Of a stretch of 64,000 nucleotides of DNA, positions 38,934 through 50,406 are shown one piece after another. Numbering within the stretch: position 1 is the first letter of the stretch; each line of letters starts with the position of its first letter. The notes beneath the pieces are model-generated. The model saw only the letters and a program-made list of their open reading frames with translations, did no database searches and was not told where the DNA came from. Position numbers and translations under genes: made by a program. Where the stretch lies: NCBI GenBank assembly GCA_963796545.1, contig CAWCMF010000026.1:135209-199208 (forward strand), in the 5' to 3' direction. The DNA comes from an uncultured Actinomycetota bacterium (GTDB lineage Bacteria > Actinomycetota > Actinomycetes > Mycobacteriales > Mycobacteriaceae).

Positions 38934-41511
38934 GTGGCTCTGAACACCCAGCGCGGCGCTGCTCTGCCTACCCCGGCGCTTCCCCCAAGCCCGGTGCGCC
39001 AAGCCCTGCCGCCCTGCGGCGAGTGTTGCGACGGGCGCGTGACGGGGTGGCCTTGAATGTGGACGAGGCCGCGATCGCGCTGACGGCGCGCGATGACGAC
39101 CTGGCCGATCTGTGCGCGTCAGCGGCCCGGGTTCGCGACGCCGGCCTGGAAGCCGCCGGTCGGCGCGGCGCGGCAGGCCGGTTGCCGGTGAGCTATTCAC
39201 GCAAGGTCTTCATCCCCGTGACACATCTGTGCCGGGACACCTGCCACTACTGCACGTTCGTCACGGTGCCCGGCCGGTTGCGCGCCGAGGGCAAGGGCAT
39301 GTTCATGGAGCCCGACGAGATCCTCGACGTCGCCCGCCGCGGCGCTGAAATGGGTTGCAAAGAAGCGTTGTTCACGCTCGGTGACCGACCCGAAGCGCGT
39401 TGGGACGAGGCGCGCCAGTGGCTCGACGAGCGGGGCTACGACTCGACTCTGGACTACGTGCGTGCCATGGCGATCAGGGTGCTGGAGGAGACCGGGCTGT
39501 TGCCGCACCTCAATCCGGGCGTGATGAGCTGGTCGGAGCTGTCGCGGTTGAAACCGGTGGCGCCGTCGATGGGCATGATGCTCGAGACCACGTCGCGGCG
39601 TCTGTTCGAGACCAAGGGGCTGGCCCACTACGGCAGCCCTGACAAGGATCCTGCGGTGCGTCTGCGCACGTTGGACGACGCGGGCCGGTTGGCGATCCCG
39701 TTCACGACGGGGTTGCTGGTGGGGATCGGCGAGACCCTGACCGAGCGGGCGGAGACGGTGCACGCGATCCGCCGTTCGCACAAGGAGTTCGGGCACGTTC
39801 AGGAAGTGATCGTGCAGAACTTCCGCGCCAAGGACCACACCGCGATGGCGGCGACGCCCGACGCCGGACTGGACGAATTCCTGGCCACGATCGCGGTGAC
39901 GCGGTTGGTGATGGGTCCCAAGGTGCGCATCCAGGCGCCGCCCAATCTGGTGTCCCGCGAGGAGTGTCTGGCGCTGATCGGTGCCGGTGTGGACGACTGG
40001 GGTGGCGTCTCTCCGCTGACCCCCGATCACGTCAACCCGGAGCGGCCATGGCCTGCGCTGGACGAATTGGCCGATGTGACCGCCGAAGCCGGCTATGACC
40101 TGGTGCAGCGACTGACCGCGCAGCCCCAGTATGTGCAGGCCGGCGGCGGGTGGATCGACCCCCGGGTGTTCGGGCATGTCGCCGCGCTGGCCGATCCTGA
40201 GACGGGTCTGGCTTTGGATGTCAATCCGGTCGGCCGGCCGTGGCAGGAGCCCGACGAGGCCACAGAGTCGTTGGGGCGCACCGATCTACATTCGGCGATC
40301 GACACCGAGGGGCGTCTGACGGCCACCCGCAGCGATTGGACGATGCGTTCGGGGATTGGGAGTCGATCCGGGCCAAGGTCGAGGAACTAGCGGCCCGCGC
40401 GCCGGAACGCATTGACACCGACGTGCTTGCTGCACTGCGCTCGGCTGAGCGGGATCCGGCCGGCTGCTCCGACGACGAGTACCTGGCGCTGGCCACCGCC
40501 GACGGACCGGCGCTGGAAGCCGTTACCGCACTGGCGGATTCGCTACGCCGCGATGTCGTCGGCGACGACGTGACGTTCGTGGTGAACCGCAATATCAACT
40601 TCACCAACATCTGCTACACCGGCTGCCGGTTCTGCGCGTTCGCGCAACGCAAGGGTGATGCCGACGCGTACTCGCTGTCGACCGACGAGGTCGCCGAGCG
40701 CGCGTGGGAGGCGCACGTCGCCGGGGCGACCGAGGTGTGCATGCAGGGCGGTATCGACCCCGAGCTGCCCGTCACCGGCTACGCCGACCTGGTTCGTGCG
40801 GTCAAGGCGCGGGTGCCGTCGATGCACGTGCATGCGTTCTCGCCGATGGAGATCGCCAACGGTGTCACCAAGAGCGGGATGTCGATCCGGGAATGGCTGA
40901 CGTCGCTGCGGGAGGCCGGGCTGGACACCATCCCCGGCACGGCCGCCGAGATCCTCGACGACGAGGTGCGCTGGGTCCTGACCAAGGGCAAGCTGCCCAC
41001 GTCGATGTGGATCGAGGTCGTCAGCACCGCCCACGAGGTGGGGCTGCGGTCGAGCTCGACGATGATGTACGGCCACGTCGACACCCCGAAGCACTGGGTG
41101 GGACACCTCAACGTGCTGCGCGGCATCCAGGACCGCACAGGTGGGTTCACCGAGTTCGTGCCGTTGCCGTTCGTGCACCAGTCGTCGCCGCTGTATCTGG
41201 CGGGCGGTGCCCGGCCGGGGCCGACGCACCGCGACAACCGCGCCGTCCACGCACTGGCGCGGATCATGTTGTACGGCAGGATTCCCAGCATCCAGACCAG
41301 CTGGGTCAAGCTCGGCGTCGAGCGGACACAGGTGATGCTCAACGGTGGCGCCAACGATCTCGGCGGCACGCTGATGGAGGAGACCATCTCGCGGATGGCG
41401 GGCTCGGAGAACGGGTCGGCCAAGACGGCGGCCGAACTCACGGCCATCGCCGAAGGCATCGGCCGCCCCGCGCGGCAGCGCAGCACCGACTACACCCCCC
41501 TGGCCGCCTAG
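38934..41511 (+). CDS. fbiC: Bifunctional FO synthase CofGH (frameshifts near 38995 and 40337)
   Basis: Two radical-SAM motifs, CRDTCHYC and CYTGCRFC, split over ORFs 39023 and 40240. Confidence 0.93.
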
Positions 41512-41539
41512 GACTTCCGCTCGTGGAGCCACCTGGCCC

Positions 41540-41596
41540 AGCGTGCGTGTCTGCGGGCGACGCGCCGTCATTCGTGCGTAGGTTGCGCACGCTCGC
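41540..41596. repeat. 60-bp REP-like palindrome, copy 1
   Basis: AGCGTGCG-TGTCTGCGGGCGACGCGCCG...CGCACGCTCGC. Confidence 0.75.
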
Positions 41597-41643
41597 GGTC
41601 GGCGAGTGCGCGCTTCGCGCCGCCGGACTGGTAGGACGGAAGC

Positions 41644-42552
41644 ATGAAGCTGCGCCGTGCGATCGCCGACGGGCGACTGGAACTGCAATCCCTTGGCGCG
41701 GACGGGTCGTGGGCGCCCGCTCCGGAGTCCGCTGCGCTCGGCGGGACGGTGTTCAACGCGGAGTGGGAGCTGGCCAACGCCCAACGCCACGAAGAGCTGT
41801 CGGGAAACGTCCTCCCTTTCCAGCCCGCGTCGTTCCGCGATTTCATGCTCTACGAAAAGCATGCCATCGACGCTGCGCGCGGGATGGTCGGCCGGTTCAT
41901 GCCGACCGCCGCACCCGTCGCCTCAACCTTCGAGAAGCTGTCGAAGAAGACGTTTCCGCCGTTCAAGCCCAAGCCGCTGTTCTACCGGCAGCCGATCTAC
42001 TACATGTCGAACCATCTGAGCTTCGTGCCCAGCGGTTCCCCTGTGGCGTTCCCGTCGTACTCGGCGGCGCTGGACTACGAGCTGGAGATCGGCTTTGTGC
42101 TCAAGACCTCGCTGTTCAATGCCACCCCGCAGGAAGCGCTCGACGCGATCGGGGCCTTCGTCGTCGTCAACGACCTGAGCGCCCGTGACGTGCAGCGCGC
42201 TGAGATGGTGACCGGGCTGGGGCCGCAGAAGTCCAAGCACTTCGCGTCGTCGATGTCAGCCGTCGCGGTCACCGCCGACGAAATTCTGCCGCACATCGAC
42301 GAACTAACCGGATCGGTCGCCATCAACGGCGAAACCGTAAGTGTCGTATCCAGCCGGGGCATGCACTGGTCGATCAGTGAGGTACTGGCGCACGCCTCAC
42401 GCGCCGAAAGATTATATCCTGGTGAGCTTTTCGCTACCGGAACGCTTCCGGGCGGCAGCGGGATGGAGACCGGTAACTGGCTGAGCCCCGGCGACGAACT
42501 CACGCTCACCGTCGACAGGATCGGCGAGATCAGCCACCGCGTCACGCCATGA
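41644..42552 (+). CDS. Fumarylacetoacetate hydrolase family protein
   Basis: SFRDF, LDYELEIG, NDLSARD, KSKHF, PGELFATGT. Confidence 0.88.
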   Translation: MKLRRAIADGRLELQSLGADGSWAPAPESAALGGTVFNAEWELANAQRHEELSGNVLPFQPASFRDFMLYEKHAIDAARGMVGRFMPTAAPVASTFEKLSKKTFPPFKPKPLFYRQPIYYMSNHLSFVPSGSPVAFPSYSAALDYELEIGFVLKTSLFNATPQEALDAIGAFVVVNDLSARDVQRAEMVTGLGPQKSKHFASSMSAVAVTADEILPHIDELTGSVAINGETVSVVSSRGMHWSISEVLAHASRAERLYPGELFATGTLPGGSGMETGNWLSPGDELTLTVDRIGEISHRVTP

Positions 42553-42585
42553 AGCCGCTGCGGTGGGTGCCGCAGCGGCTTCATG
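42548..42585. terminator. Bidirectional hairpin terminator
   Basis: Perfect 16-bp stem CATGAAGCCGCTGCGG with a 6-nt loop, between convergent genes. Confidence 0.8.
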
Positions 42586-42594
42586 AGTCGGACG

Positions 42595-43152
42595 TCAGGC
42601 CTGCCTGAGGGCCTCGATCTCGAGCGTGATCGTCACCTTGTCGCCGACGACGGCGCCACCGGTCTCCAGCGGCATGTCGATGTCGATACCGAAGTCCTTG
42701 CGGTTCAACACAACCGACGCCTCGAACCCGGCGACCTCACCATGGCCCATGCCGGGGTTCACCCCGTTGAACTCCAGGTTCAACGAGACGCGGCGGGTGA
42801 TGCCCTTGAGCGTGAAATCACCGTCGACGACGTAGTTGTCGCCATCGTTGCGCACGCCGGTCGACACGAACGTCGCGACCGGGAACTTCTCGGCGTCGAA
42901 GAAGTCGGTGGACTTGAGGTGCGCGTCGCGCTGCTCGTTACGGGTGTTGACCGAGTCGATCGCGATCTCGGCGCTCACGGACGGAGAACCGTCCTCGGCG
43001 ACGGTGACCTCGCCGCTGAACGTGTCGAATACGCCTCGGACCTTGCTGACCATGAGGTGGCGTACCGAGAAGCCGACCGTCGAGTGGACGGAATCGATCG
43101 CCCAGGTGCCGGTGGGCAGTAGTGCATTGGCAACGGAAACGGAGGTGGTCAT
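42595..43152 (-). CDS. YceI family lipid/polyisoprenoid-binding protein
   Basis: WAIDSVHSTVGF.VRH, RDAHLKSTDFFD, GDFTLKG, NRKDFG. Confidence 0.93.
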   Translation of the reverse strand: MTTSVSVANALLPTGTWAIDSVHSTVGFSVRHLMVSKVRGVFDTFSGEVTVAEDGSPSVSAEIAIDSVNTRNEQRDAHLKSTDFFDAEKFPVATFVSTGVRNDGDNYVVDGDFTLKGITRRVSLNLEFNGVNPGMGHGEVAGFEASVVLNRKDFGIDIDMPLETGGAVVGDKVTITLEIEALRQA

Positions 43153-43253
43153 GTGATGCTCTTCTCTCTGGAGGGTGGTGTGGCGCGGATACATCTGGTC
43201 TAAACGGACCAGAGTCCGAATTCATTCCCGGCTAGCCTGAGGTGGTGGCCGCC

Positions 43254-43997
43254 ATGGACTTCGAGGAGCGATTCACCGCGCTCGACCACGGCATCTGGAC
43301 GGCGTCCTACCTGCCTGCGTGGAGTTCGCGGTCTGCTTCGGCGGCGACGTTCGACACCGGACCTGACGGGCTGGACCTGTCCATCCCGCCCTCCCAGCCG
43401 CTGTGGTGTCCCGACCTGCACGACGGGCCGCTGCGGGTTTCGGGCATCCAGAGCGCCAACCGGTCCGGCCCGGTCGGGTCGACCGATGCGCCGCAACCCT
43501 TTCGCGACGGGCTCGTCGTCCGGGAGCAGCAGCCCACGGTCTTGGGCTTCGTTCCGCACTTCGGCGTCATCTCCGTCACGTGCACGGCCGACTTGAGCCC
43601 GCGTTCGATGTTTTCGGCGTGGATGGTCGGACTGGAGGACGAGCCCGATCGATGCGGGGAGATCTGCGTGATGGAGGTGTTCGGTGACACCGTGGTCGAC
43701 GGACGGGCCGCGGTGGGTCAGGGGATACACAAGTTCCGGGATCCTGCCCTGCGGGAGGACTTCTCCGCCGAACTGCGAGACATCGACCTCGAGCGGCCGC
43801 ACACATATGCCGTTGATTGGCGGCCGGGCTCAATCGAGTTCTCGATCGACGGGGTGACGACGCGGATCGCGGACCAGGCGCCCGACTATCCGATGTTCCT
43901 GTTTCTAGGTGTCTTCGACTTCCCGGATCGGCCCGGACCCGCCGACCATGTGCCGCACTTCCGTGTCAGCCGCGTCGCGTACCAGTCCCCGGGGTAG
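43254..43997 (+). CDS. GH16 / ConA-like glycoside hydrolase family protein
   Basis: GEICVME (ExDxxE-like), HTYAVDW, FSIDG. Confidence 0.72.
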   Translation: MDFEERFTALDHGIWTASYLPAWSSRSASAATFDTGPDGLDLSIPPSQPLWCPDLHDGPLRVSGIQSANRSGPVGSTDAPQPFRDGLVVREQQPTVLGFVPHFGVISVTCTADLSPRSMFSAWMVGLEDEPDRCGEICVMEVFGDTVVDGRAAVGQGIHKFRDPALREDFSAELRDIDLERPHTYAVDWRPGSIEFSIDGVTTRIADQAPDYPMFLFLGVFDFPDRPGPADHVPHFRVSRVAYQSPG

Positions 43998-44056
43998 CGA
44001 GCGTGCGTGAACTTCGCGAATTCGACGGCGTGTTGCCCGCAGACACGCACGTTCGC
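43997..44056. repeat. 60-bp REP-like palindrome, copy 2
   Basis: GCGAGCGTGCG...CGGCGTGTTGCCCGCAGACA-CGCACGTTCGC. Confidence 0.8.
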
Positions 44057-44355
44057 GGGAGAAGGCAGACACGCACGGAGTGGAGCGTAGAAACGCCGCG
44101 GTCTCCATATGCAACAAGTTGCACTGCACATGCATGTATAGCGGTGGGCCAACTAGGCGAGGGATTAACGGGCCGTTTAGTATCTGTAACTACGCGCAAC
44201 CCCTAAACCGTGGTCGCGCGCAAGTTAGGGCACACTGAGACACGCGTCCAACTAACGGCAGGGATACTTGCTCAGACCGGTCGCGGTCAACAGTTGTGCC
44301 GGCCTAGACAGCACCCCACTGGACAGGTAGTTCGAGAGGACTTGAGGAGACCTTC

Positions 44356-44679
44356 GTGACGTACACGATCGCCGAACCCTGCGTCGATGTTAAGGACAAG
44401 GCGTGCATCGAGGAATGCCCTGTCGACTGCATCTATGAGGGTGCCCGGATGCTGTACATCCATCCGGACGAGTGCGTCGACTGCGGCGCCTGCGAGCCGG
44501 TCTGCCCCGTCGAGGCCATCTACTACGAAGATGACGTGCCCGACCAGTGGAGCGGCTACACGCAGCACAACGCGGACTTCTTTGCTGAGCTGGGGTCACC
44601 GGGCGGCGCATCGAAGGTCGGTCAGACCGACAACGACCCGCAGGCCGTCAAGGATCTGGCGCCCCAGGGTGAGGACTGA
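44356..44679 (+). CDS. fdxC: 7Fe ferredoxin
   Basis: [38 protein letters not shown]. Confidence 0.96.
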   Translation: MTYTIAEPCVDVKDKACIEECPVDCIYEGARMLYIHPDECVDCGACEPVCPVEAIYYEDDVPDQWSGYTQHNADFFAELGSPGGASKVGQTDNDPQAVKDLAPQGED

Positions 44680-44691
44680 GAGCCCGCCCAG

Positions 44692-45837
44692 TTGGCTGAG
44701 CTCACGCGCCGTCCGCTGAAGTCGGCGTCTCTGCCGGTGTTCCCATGGGACACCCTGGCCGACGTGACCGCGGCGGCCCGTGCCCACCCCGACGGCATCG
44801 TCGACCTATCCGTCGGAACGCCTGTCGACGCGGTGGCGCCGGTCATCCGTGACGCCCTCGCCGCGGCCAGTTCCGCCCCCGGCTACCCGACCACGCACGG
44901 CACCCCCGCGCTGCGGGACGCCGCCGTGGCCGCGCTGCACCGCAGGTACGGAATCACCGGTGTGGCGCCGAAGGCGGTGCTGCCGGTGATCGGCACCAAG
45001 GAGCTGATCGCGTGGCTGCCGACGCTGCTGGGCCTCGGCGCCGCCGACATCGTCGTGGTGCCCGAGCTGGCGTACCCCACCTACGAGGTCGGTGCCCTGC
45101 TGGCCGGAACCGCCGTTGTGCGCGCCGATTCGCTGACGCAGCTGGGTCCCTCGGTGTTGTCCACTCTTCGCGCAAGCGGTTCATCGGCCCCTGCCCTGCT
45201 CTACCTGAACTCGCCGAGCAACCCGACCGGCAAGGTCCTCGGCGTCGACCACCTGCGCAAGGTCGTCGAATGGGCCCGTGAGCGCGGCGTGCTGGTCGCC
45301 TCCGACGAGTGCTACCTCGGCCTCGGCTGGGATGCCGCACCGGTCTCGGTCCTGCACCCGGACGTCTGCGACGGCGACCACGCCGGGCTGCTGGCCATCC
45401 ACTCGCTGTCGAAGACGTCGTCGCTGGCCGGTTACCGGGCCGGCTTCGTCGCGGGCGACCCCGAGGTGGTGGCCGAACTCCTCGCGGTGCGCAAGCACGC
45501 GGGCATGATGGTGCCGACTCCGGTCCAGGGCGCGATGGTCGCCGCCCTCGATGACGATGCCCACGAACACGAGCAACGCGGGCGCTACGCCCGCCGCCGT
45601 GACGCGCTGCTGCCCGCCCTGCGCTCGGCCGGGTTCACCGTCGATCACTCCGAAGCCGGGCTGTATCTGTGGGCCACCCGCGGTGAGCCGTGCCGAGACA
45701 CGGCGGCCTGGCTGGCCGAGCGCGGCATCCTGGTCGCGCCGGGTGAGTTCTACGGTCCCCGCGGGTCCCAGCATGTGCGGGTTGCGCTGACCGCGACGGA
45801 CGAGCGTATCGCCGCTGCGGTGCAGCGATTGGGCTGA
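44692..45837 (+). CDS. dapC: N-succinyldiaminopimelate aminotransferase
   Basis: DLSVGTP, NSPSNPTG, SDECY, SLSKTSSLAGYRAG. Synteny with fdxC. Confidence 0.93.
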   Translation: MAELTRRPLKSASLPVFPWDTLADVTAAARAHPDGIVDLSVGTPVDAVAPVIRDALAAASSAPGYPTTHGTPALRDAAVAALHRRYGITGVAPKAVLPVIGTKELIAWLPTLLGLGAADIVVVPELAYPTYEVGALLAGTAVVRADSLTQLGPSVLSTLRASGSSAPALLYLNSPSNPTGKVLGVDHLRKVVEWARERGVLVASDECYLGLGWDAAPVSVLHPDVCDGDHAGLLAIHSLSKTSSLAGYRAGFVAGDPEVVAELLAVRKHAGMMVPTPVQGAMVAALDDDAHEHEQRGRYARRRDALLPALRSAGFTVDHSEAGLYLWATRGEPCRDTAAWLAERGILVAPGEFYGPRGSQHVRVALTATDERIAAAVQRLG

Positions 45838-45845
45838 GTTTCACG

Positions 45846-45905
45846 GCGAGCAGACACAAACTCGCATGATTTCAGCCGAATCCGTGCGATTTTGTGTCTG
45901 CTCGC
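45846..45905. repeat. 60-bp palindromic element between convergent genes
   Basis: Perfect 15-bp outer inverted repeat GCGAGCAGACACAAA. Confidence 0.8.
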
Positions 45906-45915
45906 GCAAGGACAG

Positions 45916-46842
45916 TCAGGGCACCGCAAGGTCTTTCGGCGCGACGGCGGCGAGCGCTTCACGGCACGCTCGGATCGCCGGTGTCTGGCGCAGCGCAACC
46001 CGAGTCGCGGTGAAGACCGAGCGGCGTCGCGCGTCGACGTCGATGACGCGCAGGTCCGGACGACGGCGTACCCGCATCAGGTCCGGCAGGATCGCGACGG
46101 CGTTGCCGCTCTCGATCAGCGCGATCTGCGCCTCCAGGTCGTCGGTCTCGAACCGGACATCGGGTTCGAATCCGGCTCTCCGACAGAGCTGTTCGGCCCA
46201 GTGGCGGGATGCCGTTCCGGCCGGCTCCATCGTCCAGGGCAGCTGCGCGGCGTCCCTGACCGAGGTGACCTGATCCCACGGCTCACCAGCGGGCGGAACA
46301 GCTAAACGAAGCAGATCAGAGGTCAACGGCTCGTGGTCCAGATCGGGATACGCCCGGGCGGCGCGCCCCGGATACTCCTCGGCGATCACCAGATCGAACT
46401 CGCGCATCCACGTCTCGTAGAGCGCCTGCTCCGGCTCCCGCTGCGACATCGTGATCCGCAGCCGCGGGTGGCGGACCGCCAACTCGGTCAACATCTGTGG
46501 CATGAACGCTGAGGCAGCCGACTGGAAAACGGCCAGGCGGACGGTGCCGGACGCCTCCTCGCGTTGCGCGGCGACCTCCGAGGCGGCCAGTTCGAGCCGC
46601 GCCAGGATGACGGCCGTGTGCTCGACCAGAACCTCGGCGGCCGGGGTGAGCCGCACCCGGCGGCCGACCTTCTCCAGGAGTGGAACGCCCACCTCGTGTT
46701 CCAGCTGGGTCAATGCCTGCGACACCGAGGACGGGCTCTGGTGCAACGCCTCGGCGACCTCGGCCAGCGTGCCCCGGAGGCTCAATTCATGCAGCAAACG
46801 GAGCCGCCGGGTGTCGAGGAGATCCGGCCGCTTATTCATCAT
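45916..46842 (-). CDS. LysR family regulator divergent from putA
   Basis: HTH LHQSPSSVSQALTQLE...GRRVRLT and a substrate-binding domain. Confidence 0.92.
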   Translation of the reverse strand: MMNKRPDLLDTRRLRLLHELSLRGTLAEVAEALHQSPSSVSQALTQLEHEVGVPLLEKVGRRVRLTPAAEVLVEHTAVILARLELAASEVAAQREEASGTVRLAVFQSAASAFMPQMLTELAVRHPRLRITMSQREPEQALYETWMREFDLVIAEEYPGRAARAYPDLDHEPLTSDLLRLAVPPAGEPWDQVTSVRDAAQLPWTMEPAGTASRHWAEQLCRRAGFEPDVRFETDDLEAQIALIESGNAVAILPDLMRVRRRPDLRVIDVDARRRSVFTATRVALRQTPAIRACREALAAVAPKDLAVP

Positions 46843-46911
46843 TATTACTTATGCTTTATCGTCAGAATTCATCGCTTTATTCTAAGGTTCGTTCGGGCTG
46901 ATCATGAGTAA

Positions 46912-49900
46912 ATGATGCTTATGGGCACCGATGAGGGCGTGCTGACGGATGTCGAAACGCTGGTCCGGCAGTGGCTCGATGACGCGGCCGGACAACCTGT
47001 CGCGCCCGCGGCGCGCCGCCTGGCCGACGTGCTGAGAGATCCTGCGGGGCTGGACTTCACCGTCGGGTTCGTCGACCGGGTGATCCGGCCGGAGGACGAC
47101 CGCGTCGCGGCGGCCAACCTGCGAGACCTCGCGCGCACCGCGCCGGGCTTTTTGCCGTGGCACCTTCGGCTGATGATCCGGCTCGGTGGGGTGATGTCGC
47201 TTGTCGCGCCCGGCCTCGTCATCCCGATCGCTCGCAGGGCGCTGCGCGAAATGGTCGGCCACCTTCTGGTGGACGCCACCGACGCCCGTCTCGGCCGCTC
47301 CATCGCGCGGATCCGCGAACGCGGCGTCGGGCTCAACATCAATCTGCTGGGCGAAGCGGTGCTGGGTCGGCGCGAAGCGGCGCGCCGACTGGACGGCACC
47401 GAGCGGTTACTCGCGCGTCCCGATGTCGACTACGTGTCCATCAAGGTCTCGGCAACCGTACCGCCGCATTCGCCGTGGGCGTTCGACGAAGCGGTTGACC
47501 ACGTCGTGCACAGCCTGCTGCCGCTGTTCACCCTGGCGGCGACCTCAGCCGACGAAGAAGTTCATCAATCTCGACATGGAGGAGTATCGCGATCTGGAGA
47601 TGACGATCGCGGTGTTCACCCGGCTGCTCGATCGACGCGAACTGCTCGACCTTGAAGCCGGAATCGTGCTGCAGGCCTACCTGCCAGACGCGCTGAGCGC
47701 GATGATCCGGCTGCAGGACTGGGCCCGCACCCGTAGGGAACGCGGCGGCGCCGGCATCAAAGTCCGTCTGGTCAAGGGCGCCAACCTGCCTATGGAGCAC
47801 GTCGAGACGTCCCTGCACGGCTGGCCGCTGGCGACGTGGTCGACCAAGCAGGACACCGACACCAACTACAAGCGGGTGCTGAACTACGCGCTGCAGCCCG
47901 ACCACACCGAGAACGTGCGGATCGGCGTCGCCGGTCACAACCTGTTCGACATCGCCTACGCGTGGACGCTGGCGGGACGCCGTGGCGTCCGTGACCGGGT
48001 CGACTTCGAGATGCTGCTGGGCATGGCCGAGGCACAGGCCGAGGCCGTGCGCCGGACAGTGGGCGGACTGCTCCTGTACGTGCCCGTGGTGCATCCGAAA
48101 GACTTCGACGTCGCGATCGCCTATCTGGTGCGCAGGCTCGAGGAGGGGGCGAGCCAGGACAACTTCATGTCCGCCGTGTTCGAATTGCACAGCGATCACA
48201 CGCTGTATCACCGGGAGAAGGATCGGTTCGTCGCATCGCTGGCCGACGTCGACGACGTCGTACCGCCGCCCAACCGTCGGCAGGACCGGCGCACCGATGA
48301 CCCGAAAGGCTCGGTGAGGCAGGTCTTCTCGAATGTCGCCGACACCGACCCGTCGCTGCCGGGCAACCGGGCGTGGGGCGCGGACGATCACCGACCGCGT
48401 CCCGGGGTCGACAGCCGGTCTTGCTCTGGTGGAAGACCACACCGTATCGAGTGCTGACGAGCTCGATTCGGTGATCGCCCAAGGTGTTTCCGCGGGTGCG
48501 AGCTGGTCGGCGCTCGCCCGGGGCCGAACGCGCCGCCATCCTGCGTCGCGCGGCAGGAACCCTGGAGGCCGCACGCCCGGCGCTGCTCGAGGTGATGGCC
48601 GCGGAGACCGGTAAGACCCTCGACCAGGGCGATCCCGAAGTCTCCGAGGCGATCGACTTCGCGAATTACTATGCGGCCCTTGCCGAGGAGCTCGACGACA
48701 TCGACGGCGCCGCCGCGGTTCCGGTCGGGCTCACCGTCGTCACACCACCGTGGAACTTCCCGGTCGCAATCCCCGCCGGCTCGACACTGGCCGCGCTGGC
48801 TGCGGGCAGCGCTGTCATCATCAAGCCCGCGACGCAGGCCCGGCGGTGCGGATCCGTGATGGTGCAGGCGCTGTGGGATGCCGGAGTGCCGCGCGATGCA
48901 CTGCAACTCGTCCACGTCGACGAGAGTGACCTCGGCACACAGCTGGTCTCCGATAGGCGGGTCGGCCGTCTGATCCTCACCGGAGCGTTCGACACCGCCG
49001 CGCTGTTCCGGAGTTTCCGGCCCGACCTTCCCCTGCTCGCCGAGACCAGCGGCAAGAACGCCATCCTGATCACGCCGCACGCGGATATCGATCTGGCGGC
49101 GAAAGACCTGGTGTATTCGGCCTTCGGGCACGCCGGGCAGAAATGCTCGGCAGCCTCGCTGGGGATTCTGATCGGATCTGTTGCCACGGTCGGCGCGGTT
49201 CCGGGACCAGCTCGTCGACGCGGTCACGTCACTGAAAGTCGGCTATCCGTCCGACCCGACCGTCCAGATGGGGCCGGTCATCGAACCGGCCCAGGGCAAG
49301 CTGTTGCGCGCGCTGACCACACTGGCGCCGGGGGAGCAGTGGCTTGTCGAACCCCGCCAGCTGGACGACACCGGCCGGCTCTGGTCGCCCGGCGTGAAAA
49401 CCGGTGTCCGACGCGGCTCGGAGTTCCACCTCACCGAGTACTTCGGACCAGTCCTCGGCCTCATCGAAGCCGAGGATCTCGACGAGGGGATCGCGATCCA
49501 GAACCAGGTCGACTACGGGCTCACGGCGGGACTGCATAGCCTCGACCGCGACGAGATCGAACGCTGGATCGAGCAGGTCGAGGCCGGCAACGCGTACGTG
49601 AACCGGTCGACCGTCGGCGCGATCGTGCGGCGTCAGCCCTTCGGGGGCTGGAAGAAGTCCGCGGTTGGTGCGGGCACCAAGGCCGGCGGTCCCAACTACC
49701 TGATCGGACTCAGCGACTGGCGCACCGCACCCGCGACGAAGGCAGGCGTGCTCACCGCGGACCTTCGTGGACTTCTGGACATCGCAACGGATTTCGGCCT
49801 CGAGCCGGCGGGTCTTGAGTTCCTGGAGCGGTCTTTGACATCCGACGCCCATGCCTGGGAACAGGAATTCGGCGTCGCTCGCGACGTCACGGGACTGGAG

Positions 49901-50338
49901 GCGGAGAAGAACGTGCTGCGCTACCGGCCGGTCCCGGTGACGGTGCGCGCCGAGGACGGCCACACCGCGTCGTTGCTCCGGGTGGTCGGTGCGGGCGTGC
50001 TTGCCGGCGCCGACGTGTCCGTCTCGACCCCGGCACCGCTCGACGCCGCGATCGTCGATCAGCTGCGGTCGTACGGGATCACGTGCCGAGTCGAGGATGC
50101 CGACGCGTGGCGGAAAGTCTTGCGCGGCAAAGCTCCTGCCCGAGTCCGGCTGCTCGGCGGCAGTCGCGAGGCGTTCGCCGAAGCCAGCGAGGGCCGAGCC
50201 GATATCGCGCTGTACGCACAGCCGGTCGTCGAGGCTGGGCGAGTCGAGCTGCTCACCTTCCTGCGGGAGCAAGCAGTCTCGGTCACCGCCCACCGGTTCG
50301 GTTCTCCGACTGCCCTCGTCGAAGGACTGTTCGGCTGA
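46912..50338 (+). CDS. putA: Bifunctional proline dehydrogenase / P5C dehydrogenase (about four frameshifts)
   Basis: NLLGE, YVSIK, LDMEEY, RLVKGA, FEMLLGM, YLVRRLEE, PPWNFP, ETSGKN, AGQKCSA, EYFGP, QPFGG across ORFs 46912, 47201, 48484 and 49181. Confidence 0.9.
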
Positions 50339-50350
50339 CGGCGGGCCTCT

Positions 50351-50401
50351 AGTGTGCGGCCAGATCGCGTTTCGCCGCCGAATCACGATCTGCACGCACA
50401 C
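50351..50401. repeat. Imperfect palindromic element between convergent genes
   Basis: GTGTGCG..CAGATCG...CGATCTG..CGCACAC. Confidence 0.6.
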
Positions 50402-50406
50402 CCGAG

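Noticed and set aside
40240-40390. Natural split of fbiC into cofG and cofH, or programmed frameshifting
   Set aside because: No new RBS or start and no slippery site. Consistent with the window-wide indel errors.
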